DNA from: Polyangiaceae bacterium
GTDB taxonomy: Bacteria > Myxococcota_A > Polyangia > Polyangiales > Polyangiaceae
Reading direction: 5' to 3'
DNA length: 64,000 bases
Assembly: GCA_965222375.1 (NCBI GenBank)
Contig: CBDCTZ010000016.1
Coordinates: forward strand, 1,792,001-1,856,000
Shown here: piece after piece, positions 38,987 to 47,800 of the stretch
Position numbering within the stretch: position 1 is the first letter of the stretch
Layout: every line of letters starts with the position of its first letter
The notes under the pieces: generated by a model
The model's database searches: none
Told to the model about the DNA's origin: nothing
Seen by the model: the letters and a program-made list of their open reading frames with translations, nothing else
Program-made: the position numbers and the translations under genes

Positions 38987-39565
38987 GTGCCGGCGATGAG
39001 CATCAAGGACTTTTTCAGGGGCGCCGTGCGCAAGGTGTTGCGATCTGACAAGGCGTCAGAGGTGGCGGAATGCGTTGCGACCTCGGAGACGGCCCAGCAG
39101 GTGGCCCGGGATGCGGCGCGATCCCCCGCGGCCCGCAAGCTGGTGAAGCAGGCGGCGGAGTCCGAGTTCGTGCGCGACGTGGCCAAGGAAGTCGCGACTT
39201 CCGAGCTTGCGAAGGACCTGGCGCGCAGTGCGGCCAGTCGCGCGGCTCAGAGCATCACCCGGCGTGTGAAGGACGAAGCCGGCAAGGTTGCGGCGGAGCT
39301 TTTCGACGACGATGCGGATGGCCGCGCCGATGCTGGTAGCGGTTCAGGGGCACCCGGTGCTCGGTCGGATGTCGACGACCCGCGCACAGCCGCTGAACTC
39401 GAAAGTGCGCAGCGCGCAGCTACCGAGCGGGCGCGCTGGGATCGTCAACAGGCCCAGCAACGTCGAGATTGGGCGGCGGCGGAGCTGCGCCGAGCCGAGG
39501 CAGAAAAGGTGCGCGAGATCGATGACGAGTTGGCCGCGCTCAAGAAAAAGCTCGGCAAGGGCTGA
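38987..39565 (+). CDS. Hypothetical coiled-coil protein
   Basis: Ala/Glu/Lys-rich helix; PspA-like tail IDDELAALKKKLG. Confidence 0.65.
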   Translation: MPAMSIKDFFRGAVRKVLRSDKASEVAECVATSETAQQVARDAARSPAARKLVKQAAESEFVRDVAKEVATSELAKDLARSAASRAAQSITRRVKDEAGKVAAELFDDDADGRADAGSGSGAPGARSDVDDPRTAAELESAQRAATERARWDRQQAQQRRDWAAAELRRAEAEKVREIDDELAALKKKLGKG

Positions 39566-39566
39566 G

Positions 39567-40169
39567 TCAAGCCATCTCTTCGCGTAGACGGATCGGTCCG
39601 AACTTCTCCGGGTAGCGCGGCTTGGGGTTCGCCTTGTCGTAGAAGGCGCGAATTGCGTCCATGTCGGTTTTCACATCGCCTGTGAGTTCGATGGGTGGAC
39701 CGAAGCCGCCCTCCTTATGGCGGTAGTCGAGGAAGCCCGGCACGATCGGGACCTTGGCTCCCAATGCGATTCGATAGAAGCCCGACTTCCAGAAGTCCGC
39801 GCGTTTGCGCGTGCCCTCCGGCGGAATGGCCAAGTAGAACTCGTCTCGACGCCCGAACTCTTCGACCATCTCGCCGACCATGCCGTGGGGCTTGCTGCGG
39901 TCGATGGGCACGCCGCCCACCTTGCGGATCACGATGCCGACGGGCGGCTTGCCCCAATCGTCTTTGACCATCCAGGAAATGGTTAGGCCGATGGACTGGG
40001 CCAGCAGCACCAACAAGAGTCCGTCCATGTTGTCGGTATGGGGTGCGGCTAGGCAAACGGCGCGCTTGGGTTCGGGACGCTCGCCGACGTAGCGCCAGCC
40101 TCCCAGGGCTCGCAGTCCAGCGCGAGCGACCCGCGCGGTGAGGGTTTTCGGGTCGCGTCGCTGGGGCAT
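39567..40169 (-). CDS. Lysophospholipid/glycerol acyltransferase (PlsC family)
   Basis: PHTDNMD (HX4D), PIDR, PEGTR and WKSGFY. Confidence 0.9.
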   Translation of the reverse strand: MPQRRDPKTLTARVARAGLRALGGWRYVGERPEPKRAVCLAAPHTDNMDGLLLVLLAQSIGLTISWMVKDDWGKPPVGIVIRKVGGVPIDRSKPHGMVGEMVEEFGRRDEFYLAIPPEGTRKRADFWKSGFYRIALGAKVPIVPGFLDYRHKEGGFGPPIELTGDVKTDMDAIRAFYDKANPKPRYPEKFGPIRLREEMA

Positions 40170-40306
40170 TTCACCGAGGGGTCTAGCACGAGTCAGGTAT
40201 TTCCAACTGGACCATGGCCCGCGCTCCCCATGTTAGGACTATCAGCGAGCTTCCCGCGCTGCCTCAGCGCTTGGAGACATCATCTAGCCACCCCAGCGAG
40301 GTCATC

Positions 40307-40735
40307 ATGTCAAATACTCAACCGGCCAAGGGCCAATGTTTGTGCGGCGCCGTGAAGATTATTGCCAAGGCGATGAGCCGTTCAGTCGGAGCTTGCCATT
40401 GCAGCATGTGTCGGCGATGGGGAGGTGGGCCGCTGCTCGTCGTGAACTGCGGTAGCGACATCTCGTTTGAAGGTGAAGAGCAGGTGCGCCGCTTCTCGTC
40501 GTCCGAATGGGCCGAGCGCGGTTTCTGCTCGCAGTGCGGCAGTCACTTGTTCTACCGACTGAAGCAAGCGGACAAGTACATCATGATGTCAGGTGTCTTC
40601 GACGACGCGGAAGGCATGGTCTTCGACCATCAGGTCTTCATCGACGAAAAGCCCGCTCACTACGAGTTCGCCAACGAGACCAAGAACATGACGGGCGCGG
40701 AAGTCGTCGCCATGTTTGCCCCGCCACAATCGTGA
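40307..40735 (+). CDS. GFA (CENP-V) family protein
   Basis: GQCLCGAV, CHCSMCRR and RGFCSQCGS. Confidence 0.92.
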   Translation: MSNTQPAKGQCLCGAVKIIAKAMSRSVGACHCSMCRRWGGGPLLVVNCGSDISFEGEEQVRRFSSSEWAERGFCSQCGSHLFYRLKQADKYIMMSGVFDDAEGMVFDHQVFIDEKPAHYEFANETKNMTGAEVVAMFAPPQS

Positions 40736-40745
40736 CCTAGGCGGA

Positions 40746-41096
40746 GTGCTTCTCTACAAGATCCTATCCACGTCGCTTTGGGAGGCTCGTGGTGGAGAAG
40801 TGCCGCCCGCGCCTATCGACGAACAGGACGGCTTCATTCACTTGAGCACGGGCGCCCAACTGCGCGAGACGGCCGAAAAGCACTTCGCCAACCGTACGGA
40901 GCTGACCCTCATCGTCGTCGATTCCGACGCCCTCGAGGCCGATAGCTTGCGCTGGGAGGTTTCCCGCGGTGGCGATCTATTTCCCCACGTGTATGGCGCG
41001 TTGCCCCTGAGCGCTGTGATCGAGACGAGCGAATTGGTCGGTGACCAAGCAGGTGCGTTCGAGTTTCCAGCCGACATTGTCGGAACAACCGCCTGA
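40746..41096 (+). CDS. DUF952 family protein
   Basis: YKI, D..DGFIHLST..Q, and WE.SRGG.LFPH.YG.L. Confidence 0.9.
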   Translation: MLLYKILSTSLWEARGGEVPPAPIDEQDGFIHLSTGAQLRETAEKHFANRTELTLIVVDSDALEADSLRWEVSRGGDLFPHVYGALPLSAVIETSELVGDQAGAFEFPADIVGTTA

Positions 41097-41136
41097 GCGC
41101 GCACACCTCTTGAAGTCGGCGCTGCTTCAGCGGTTG

Positions 41137-41310
41137 CGGTTTGGTTTTTGGGGGTCGGGTCGCTGGGGCACCGAGGGCCACTATTCCCGCTAAAGGCCAC
41201 AGGCGAATCGCAACCCCTGGCCTTGTGTGGGAGTAGCGGCAGAAGGCGCGCCAGGGGACGCGCTTCGTAATACCCGAAGGGGTGCGACCCCAACCCCAAA
41301 CCAAAATCCG
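41137..41310. repeat. Dispersed repeat family A, full element with two inverted arms
   Basis: Left arm CGGTTTGGTTTTTGGGGGTCG...GGGCCACTATTCCCGCTAAAGGCC; right arm GGCCTTGTGTGGGAGTAGCGGC...CGACCCCAACCCCAAACCAAAA. Confidence 0.75.
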
Positions 41311-41371
41311 TGCCTGGTTTCGATCAAATCGGCGCGTTGTAGCGGCGGCTGCTCGGTGCCAGGCTGCGCGC

Positions 41372-42004
41372 ATGGAAATCGCGATTGCATTGTTCGAGCA
41401 AGTGACGGCTCTCGATGCGGTGGGGCCCTATGAGGTGTTGCAGCGGTTGCCGGACGCCACGGTGCGTTTCGTGGGTCACGAGATCGGTTCGGTCCGCACC
41501 GACAACGGTTTTCTAGGATTGAACGTGGATTGCTGCTTCGACGATGTACCGAGCCCGGACGTCCTCTTGGTTCCGGGTGGGATCGGCACGCGCGCGCTGG
41601 TGAAGGACGAAGCGATACTGAAGTGGCTCCGGCGCGCGCACGAGACCACGCGCTACACGACTTCCGTGTGCACGGGGTCGCTGCTGCTCGCTGCTGCGGG
41701 ACTGCTCGATGGCGTGAAGGCGACGACGCACTTTTCGGCGCTGGGCCTATTGGAGAAGTACGGCGCGGTGCCGACCTCCGAGCGTGTCGTGGCCATCGGC
41801 AAGATCGTTACCGCAGCGGGGGTTTCAAGCGGTATCGACATGGCGCTGCGATTGGCAGAGTTGCTCACGGATCAGACGACGGCGAAAGCCCTGCAGCTGA
41901 TGATCGAATACGATCCGCAGCCGCCCCACGATGCAGGCGCGCTTATCAAGGTCGACGCGGCGGTCATCCAGCGCGCCCAAGAACTCTCGAAGCTTCGGAA
42001 CTGA
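41372..42004 (+). CDS. DJ-1/PfpI family protein (isonitrile hydratase-like)
   Basis: LD.VGP.EVL, VPGG, SVCTG, TAAGVSSGID and EYDPQPP. Confidence 0.92.
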   Translation: MEIAIALFEQVTALDAVGPYEVLQRLPDATVRFVGHEIGSVRTDNGFLGLNVDCCFDDVPSPDVLLVPGGIGTRALVKDEAILKWLRRAHETTRYTTSVCTGSLLLAAAGLLDGVKATTHFSALGLLEKYGAVPTSERVVAIGKIVTAAGVSSGIDMALRLAELLTDQTTAKALQLMIEYDPQPPHDAGALIKVDAAVIQRAQELSKLRN

Positions 42005-42024
42005 CGCGATGGCGCCGCGGGTAC

Positions 42025-42535
42025 CTAGTAGGTCTTGCGTGAAGAAAACGCATCGCCACGCAACAGGAAGAGGGTGCCGGTTGCGTCGATGCCGGCTCCG
42101 CTGAGGCTGGTGTTTTGGGCTTCGGGCAAGGGCACGCCTTGCCAAGCTGCGCCGCGATCGTGAGTGACCTGCAGATCCGTATTTCCGTCGGTCCACAGCA
42201 CGAGGGTTTTGTCGTCGGTGGGGGAGAGGGCCAGGTTGAAATGCTTCGTCCCGAAGGGATGCGCGATGGCCTGGAACGTCTTGCCGCCGTCCGAGTTGCA
42301 GCTCGTTGTTGGAGCCTGCGCCGGACGACTTTGCATGCAGATAGAGGGATTGGGGATTTGCAGGTGTGACCCAAGCTCGCGCGGGCGCCGAGGCGGAGGT
42401 GTGGATCTCGCTGCACAAGATCTTGAGGCTGTTCTTCGGGTCCGGTCCGCAACGAGCCAGGGTGTTGTGGAGGCTTGCCGCTACGTAGAATTCGCTCGGG
42501 GAGCCGGGGAGGCTACGCGCCCCGCGGTCACCCAT
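42025..42535 (-). pseudogene. Frameshifted fragment of BNR/Asp-box beta-propeller protein
   Basis: Asp-boxes SDGGKTF and THDRGAAW in one frame; protein-like upstream segment (PANPQSLYL) in another, junction near 42300. Confidence 0.5.
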
Positions 42536-42607
42536 GCAGTTTCGCTGAGCGCGACTGAGTGGAGGCGTCCAAACTAGGCTACGCGCCGACATGCTATGAC
42601 TTGAAGC

Positions 42608-44149
42608 ATGGGGAAAGCTGTCGGGATCGGCGTTGTGGTTTTAGTATCGGTTGCGGTCTGGGCATGTGGCTCCGACGATAGCTCTGGCTCGAGCCCCGGC
42701 GGCGCGGGCGGGACTGCGACCGGAGGCGGCGCGGGCGCAGGGGGAAACAGTGGTGCCGGTGGAAGCGCTGGAAGCTCTGGCGCAAGCGGGTGTCCCAAAG
42801 GAGCCTCCGGCACCGCGCCCAGTGACTACTTGACCCAGTACAAAGCCGGTTCACGGTTGCAGCCGCGGTTGGTCACCGCTCCGGGCGCCCCGCAGATCTT
42901 CGATGGCTTCTTCGATACCAAACTCGGCGTGGCGTGCACGTTCGAGCTCGCGACTGATGACAAACTCCGCTGCTTGCCACTGGACGCTGACTTGGCCGTA
43001 CTCCTGGGCTACGCCGACGGCGCTTGCGAAGACGCCCTGTGGGAAGCAGACCCAGCCTGCAAGACCACCACTGGCTATAGCCGCAAGAGAACTGAGTGCA
43101 GATGGAAGTTCGCCATCCACCCGCTGGTCGAACACGTCGGAGGGGTCGTGCCGTACAACGGTTCGCCGGGCAATTGCACTGCGACAGGAAACACGACGCC
43201 AAATCTCAACGTGTTCAAACGCGGAAGCGAGGTCAGCCCGGACAACTTCGTCTTGGGCACGGTGCAAGACCTACCCGGGGTGTGTGACGCAACGCTCAGG
43301 ATTGTGATGGGCGAAGATGGGTCCTCGGGGCCCTTGTCGATCGCGGACGTCGGTTCGTCGGTTCCGTGTGATGCACGACCTGGACCATGTAGACCATCGC
43401 GTTTGGCCTTTGAAGAGGAGCTGTACACGGACGCTGCCTGCACGGCGCCTGCGCCTTTTGCAACTTCGCTGGATGCCGAAAGCTGCACGCCACCGGACTT
43501 CATTCGGGGCACATCGGGCCAACCGCAGTCCTACTATCGCGTGGGGCCACTCGTGAAAACACCGGTATTTGCCAAAGCTGGCGGTAGCGTCTGTGAGCCC
43601 GCCAAGGACAAGCCGTGGATCGGATCAGTCTACGAGCTCGGAACCGAAGTGCCCGGCAGCGAGTTTGCCACGCTGGTGACGAGCCAAGTTGGGACCGGCA
43701 GGCTTCAGGCGCTGTTGATCGCGGAGCAGTCGTCGCCGCTGCTCGGCGGCGGACTGGAAGGTGGCTTCCACGACACTCAGCTCAAGAAGAACTGCACCCC
43801 ATGGCTCTTCGACGACGACAAGTGGCGTTGCTTGCCGGTCAACTTCGTCTCTGGTGCGGATCGGTTCGCCTTCAACGATGCCGCCTGCACCGAGCCGGTC
43901 GTGAGTTGCGTGGGAGATTCCTGCTCCGGCAACCTGTACGTCGAAGACTCGCCGGTGCCCAATGTGTGTGCGCCCGGTCGCCACGTGGTTCGTGTTTTGC
44001 GGCTTTCCGCCAAGGCAACTGGCCACTATCGGAAGACGGGGCCCTCCGCGCCATGCGTGGACCAGGGCGCGCCCTTCGCTGAACACTGGGTGGGTGTGCC
44101 GGCGGCCTACACCGAGTTCGCCGAAATGACGGTCGAACTCGCCAAATAG
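42608..44149 (+). CDS. Cys-rich lipoprotein with internal repeats
   Basis: WAC lipobox; Gly linker; F.DT.L...C......D.K.RCLP twice and Y/F.D.AC three times. Confidence 0.75.
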   Translation: MGKAVGIGVVVLVSVAVWACGSDDSSGSSPGGAGGTATGGGAGAGGNSGAGGSAGSSGASGCPKGASGTAPSDYLTQYKAGSRLQPRLVTAPGAPQIFDGFFDTKLGVACTFELATDDKLRCLPLDADLAVLLGYADGACEDALWEADPACKTTTGYSRKRTECRWKFAIHPLVEHVGGVVPYNGSPGNCTATGNTTPNLNVFKRGSEVSPDNFVLGTVQDLPGVCDATLRIVMGEDGSSGPLSIADVGSSVPCDARPGPCRPSRLAFEEELYTDAACTAPAPFATSLDAESCTPPDFIRGTSGQPQSYYRVGPLVKTPVFAKAGGSVCEPAKDKPWIGSVYELGTEVPGSEFATLVTSQVGTGRLQALLIAEQSSPLLGGGLEGGFHDTQLKKNCTPWLFDDDKWRCLPVNFVSGADRFAFNDAACTEPVVSCVGDSCSGNLYVEDSPVPNVCAPGRHVVRVLRLSAKATGHYRKTGPSAPCVDQGAPFAEHWVGVPAAYTEFAEMTVELAK

Positions 44150-44218
44150 TGGTTGCGTTGGGCCCTCCGCCGGGTTCGGTTCTTGCAAAGCAAGCGCAGC
44201 ACCTGCGGCCGCGCCGGC

Positions 44219-44232
44219 ATGAGAAAAATCAA
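44219..44232. promoter_or_regulatory. FNR/Crp-like box upstream of hemerythrin-kor-rnf cluster
   Basis: ATGAG-AAAA-ATCAA versus consensus TTGAT-N4-ATCAA. Confidence 0.4.
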
Positions 44233-44304
44233 CTCGGCCAGCCGCTCGACGCGAAGCAGCTGGAGAACGTAGCGGTTATTGTCGCAGGATTCAGGAGGGA
44301 ACAC

Positions 44305-44748
44305 ATGGCGGACGACACTCAGGCAGACATTCTGGAGGAGCACCGTCGCATCACAGGTCTTTTGGGGCGCCTGGAAACGGCGGTAAACGAGCCCATGGTG
44401 CGGCCGGGCTGGTCTCAGGAGCTCGCCGGCATGTTGGGTGAGCTGATGGCTCTTCTCAAGGAGCATTTCAGCGGGGAGGCCGAGACCAAGTTCTTTCAGG
44501 AACTGATGGAGACCGAACCCCGGCTGAGCAACCAGATCACGAAGCTGGCCATGGAGCATTCTGGCATCGTCAAAGCGTTCTCGGAAGCCGGCGAAATGGC
44601 GCAACGGCTCGACGTTGCAGACGAAAGCCAAGTTTCGAAGGTCAAACGCAAGGTTCAGCTCGCGATGGCCACGTTGGAACGGCATGAGGCGGAGGAAAAC
44701 GAATTGATCATGCGCGCCTACTGGGAGGACATCGGAGCAGCCGACTAG
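44305..44748 (+). CDS. Hemerythrin-like (HHE) domain protein
   Basis: EH, HF..E, EH and HE.EE metal-ligand pattern; RBS AGGAGG. Confidence 0.8.
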   Translation: MADDTQADILEEHRRITGLLGRLETAVNEPMVRPGWSQELAGMLGELMALLKEHFSGEAETKFFQELMETEPRLSNQITKLAMEHSGIVKAFSEAGEMAQRLDVADESQVSKVKRKVQLAMATLERHEAEENELIMRAYWEDIGAAD

Positions 44749-44898
44749 GCCTTCCAACCTGGTATGTTGCCCGAGCTAAGAACCTGCCCATCTAGGCATC
44801 GAAATGAGTTGTCGCGCCTTGGTCCCAATTGACCGGACGCAACTGCGCAATAGCTGCGCTTCCCGGCGTACGTCGCGCAAAAGGAGAGGGTCTCTAGG

Positions 44899-46815
44899 AT
44901 GACCACCACCGCTTCTGGTCCAGCAGAACCACAAGAACCTACATCGAAGAAAGTGACCCCTGTTCACGCGCAGGAGCTCAGCCAGCACGTAGTCGAAATC
45001 GTGTGCGACTCCGGGGAGGGAGCGCAGACCGCGGGTCAGTTGTTCGGAACCATCAGCGCCCGGATGGGCAACGGGGTTTGGACGGTGGAGATCATCCCCG
45101 CCGAAATCGAACCACCCCACCGCTCACGCTCGGGCGCGAGCGGGAATCGAATTCGTATCGGAAGCTCGGAAGTCACCAACATGGGTGACGAGGCGGATAT
45201 CGTCATCGCCTTCAACGAACAGGTGCTCTACAGCCGCATCGACCTGGGTGCACTGCGCGCCGGCACGATCATCTTCCTCGAGAGCAAGTGGAAGGACGAT
45301 CCCCAGGAATCGATCCGCAAGGAGTATGCGGAGGCCATGGCCGACTTTGCCGAGCGCGGCTACGTCGTTCGCGAGATCCCCATGGAGGAAGAGTGCCTAA
45401 AGGTCGTGGCGGACGCGCGCCGAGGCAAGAATATGTGGGCCCTCGGCCTGCTGTGCGAAGTCTATGGTCACGATCTCGAGCGTGTGCTTGGTGAGGTGAC
45501 GCGCAAGTTCGAGAAGAAGGGGGAGAAGGTCGTCGCCGCGAATGTGGCCCTGGTGCGCGGCGGCTTCGAATGGGCCAAGCAGAACCTGGACGTGCGCTTT
45601 CGCGTGCCAGCGCGTGAGCTGAAAGAAGACTACGTCGTGATGAACGGCAACCAGGCTGCCGCTCTGGGCATTCTGGCCAGCGGGATTGAACTCTGCTCGA
45701 TGTATCCGATCACGCCGGCGACCTCCGTCACCCACTACCTGGCTGCCACGATGGACAAATGTGGCGGTTTCATTCACCAAGCCGAAGACGAGATTGCTGC
45801 TATCGGTTTTGCCATCGGCGCGTCCTACGCTGGAAAGACCGCGGTGACGGTGACCTCCGGGCCCGGACTGGCCCTCAAGACGGAGTTCATCGGCTTGGCC
45901 GTCATGGCGGAAGTGCCCTTGGTGATCGTGAACGTGCAGCGCGGCGGTCCGTCGACGGGGCTTCCGACTCGGGTCGAGCAGGGAGACCTGCTGGCGTCGC
46001 TGTATGGCGAGCCCGGGGATGCTCCGAAGATCGTGATCGCGCCCACCACGATCCCCGAGTGTTTTCACTTCATGATCACGGCACGCAAGTTGGCAGAGGC
46101 ATTTCGCGGCCCCGTGATCGTTCTGACTGATGCCAACCTGGCGACCGGCCAGCAGCCTTTCGTGCGCCCCGAAGTTCAAGAGGAGTGGCTCGCTCCACCG
46201 ATTGATCAATCGGATTGGAATTCGGAGGTCGCGCCCTATGAGTGGGACGCAGAGACCGGCGCATCCGCGCGTCCCATTCCAGGTCAGCGAGGTGGCGAAT
46301 ACGTGCTCACGGGCCTCGCCCACGATGAGAATAGCAAAGTCGCCTACGAGTCAGCGATCAACCAGCGAAGCATGGAGCATCGCAGCCGCAAGTTGGCAGT
46401 GCTGCAGCGGTCCTTGAAGCCTCCTAAGGTGTATGGCGACGAAGAAGGCGACCTGCTCGTGGTCAATTGGGGATCCGCGCGCGGCGCGGTGGAAGAAGCC
46501 GTGGATCGAATTCGCAAGGACGGTCAGAAGATTGGTTCGCTGACGCTACGCTTCCTGCAACCCCTGGAGCCCGGCCTGGAAGAGATCTTCAAGCGTTTCA
46601 AGCGCGTCATGACCGTCGAGATCAACTACAGCGATCCGACGAACGGGCCCAACATTACCGCGGAGAACCGGCGCTACTCGCAGTTGGCCTGGTACCTCCG
46701 GGCGCGAACTCTCGTCGATATCGACTGCTGGTCACGCGTCCCAGGCATTCCGTTGCCGCCAGGGATGATCGAAGTGGAACTCAGGCGGCGGCTTTCCAAC
46801 GGCGCGAGCGCCTGA
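44899..46815 (+). CDS. korA: 2-oxoacid:acceptor oxidoreductase alpha subunit (gamma-alpha fusion)
   Basis: DSGEG, MNGN, YPITPAT, QAEDE, TSGPG and QRGGPSTGLPT. Confidence 0.92.
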   Translation: MTTTASGPAEPQEPTSKKVTPVHAQELSQHVVEIVCDSGEGAQTAGQLFGTISARMGNGVWTVEIIPAEIEPPHRSRSGASGNRIRIGSSEVTNMGDEADIVIAFNEQVLYSRIDLGALRAGTIIFLESKWKDDPQESIRKEYAEAMADFAERGYVVREIPMEEECLKVVADARRGKNMWALGLLCEVYGHDLERVLGEVTRKFEKKGEKVVAANVALVRGGFEWAKQNLDVRFRVPARELKEDYVVMNGNQAAALGILASGIELCSMYPITPATSVTHYLAATMDKCGGFIHQAEDEIAAIGFAIGASYAGKTAVTVTSGPGLALKTEFIGLAVMAEVPLVIVNVQRGGPSTGLPTRVEQGDLLASLYGEPGDAPKIVIAPTTIPECFHFMITARKLAEAFRGPVIVLTDANLATGQQPFVRPEVQEEWLAPPIDQSDWNSEVAPYEWDAETGASARPIPGQRGGEYVLTGLAHDENSKVAYESAINQRSMEHRSRKLAVLQRSLKPPKVYGDEEGDLLVVNWGSARGAVEEAVDRIRKDGQKIGSLTLRFLQPLEPGLEEIFKRFKRVMTVEINYSDPTNGPNITAENRRYSQLAWYLRARTLVDIDCWSRVPGIPLPPGMIEVELRRRLSNGASA

Positions 46816-46829
46816 CAAGGAGTCGATTG

Positions 46830-47783
46830 ATGCACGGTCTCAAGTTGGACTGGGTCTGCGAAATGCCTCCGCGGCATTTCGTGCTCGAAGACTACGAGGG
46901 TGCGACGCCGCGCTGGTGTCCTGGTTGTGGCGACACTGCGGTTCTGACTGCAGTTCAGAAGCTCGCCCGTGATGAGCAGCTTTTGCCGGAGAAAATCGCC
47001 GTGGTCAGCGGTATCGGCTGTTCCAGTCGGTTCCCGCACTACATGAAGACCTACGGTTTTCATGGGTTGCACGGGCGGGCGCTGCCTGTCGCGTGCGGAG
47101 TGCGTTCACGCCGACCCGACTTGCACGTCTTCGTCGCCACCGGGGACGGCGACTGCTGTGCGATCGGAACCGCCCACTGGATACACGCGATTCGCTACAA
47201 CATGAAGATGACCGTGATGATGTTCGACAACAACATCTACGGTTTGACCAAGATGCAGACGTCGCCCACGACGCGCATGGGTTTCTCGTCGAACACCCAC
47301 CCCGGCGGGCCGCCCCTGAGCCCGATCAATCCACTGTCCGTCATCTTGGGCATCAAGAATGCTTCCTTCTTGGCGCAAACCGTCGACTGGAATCCGGCGC
47401 ACGTGATGTCGACCCTGAATCAGGCGTACCACCACGAGGGGCTGAGCTTCGTTCGCATCCTTCAGCGTTGCCCCCACTACATGGATCATGTCTGGGACGA
47501 GGTTCAGGACGACCCCTCGAAGCTGCTCTTGCTCGAGCATGAAAACGGCATCCCCATCGACCCGAGTTTGAAGCGCCTATTCCCCAACTCGACGAGCCAT
47601 GATCCCTCGGACTTGTCCAAGGCGCGAGATATTGCCGGCCGCGAGGACGTGATGCCGATCGGTCTTCTGTACCGCGACGAGGACGGCGAGCGTTACGACC
47701 AGGTTTCCGCCCTAGGCGTGGGCACACCTCCGGATGTGCGGGTCAAGTCCGTGCAGGCTGCCATTGACCGCTTCATGGTCTGA
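46830..47783 (+). CDS. korB: 2-oxoacid:acceptor oxidoreductase beta subunit (TPP-binding)
   Basis: WCPGCGD, GIGCSSR, HGR, GDGD, NN.YGLTK.Q.SPT and CP. Confidence 0.92.
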   Translation: MHGLKLDWVCEMPPRHFVLEDYEGATPRWCPGCGDTAVLTAVQKLARDEQLLPEKIAVVSGIGCSSRFPHYMKTYGFHGLHGRALPVACGVRSRRPDLHVFVATGDGDCCAIGTAHWIHAIRYNMKMTVMMFDNNIYGLTKMQTSPTTRMGFSSNTHPGGPPLSPINPLSVILGIKNASFLAQTVDWNPAHVMSTLNQAYHHEGLSFVRILQRCPHYMDHVWDEVQDDPSKLLLLEHENGIPIDPSLKRLFPNSTSHDPSDLSKARDIAGREDVMPIGLLYRDEDGERYDQVSALGVGTPPDVRVKSVQAAIDRFMV

Positions 47784-47800
47784 ACAAGGAGTCGCTGAAG

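Noticed and set aside
44149..44304. Longer N-terminus for the hemerythrin ORF
   Set aside because: A strong RBS precedes ATG 44305, and the upstream stretch holds the putative promoter/FNR-like box.
46815..47794. Identical 11-mer ACAAGGAGTCG before korB and before the 47801 gene
   Set aside because: Mostly explained by the Shine-Dalgarno sequence; too short to call a separate element.
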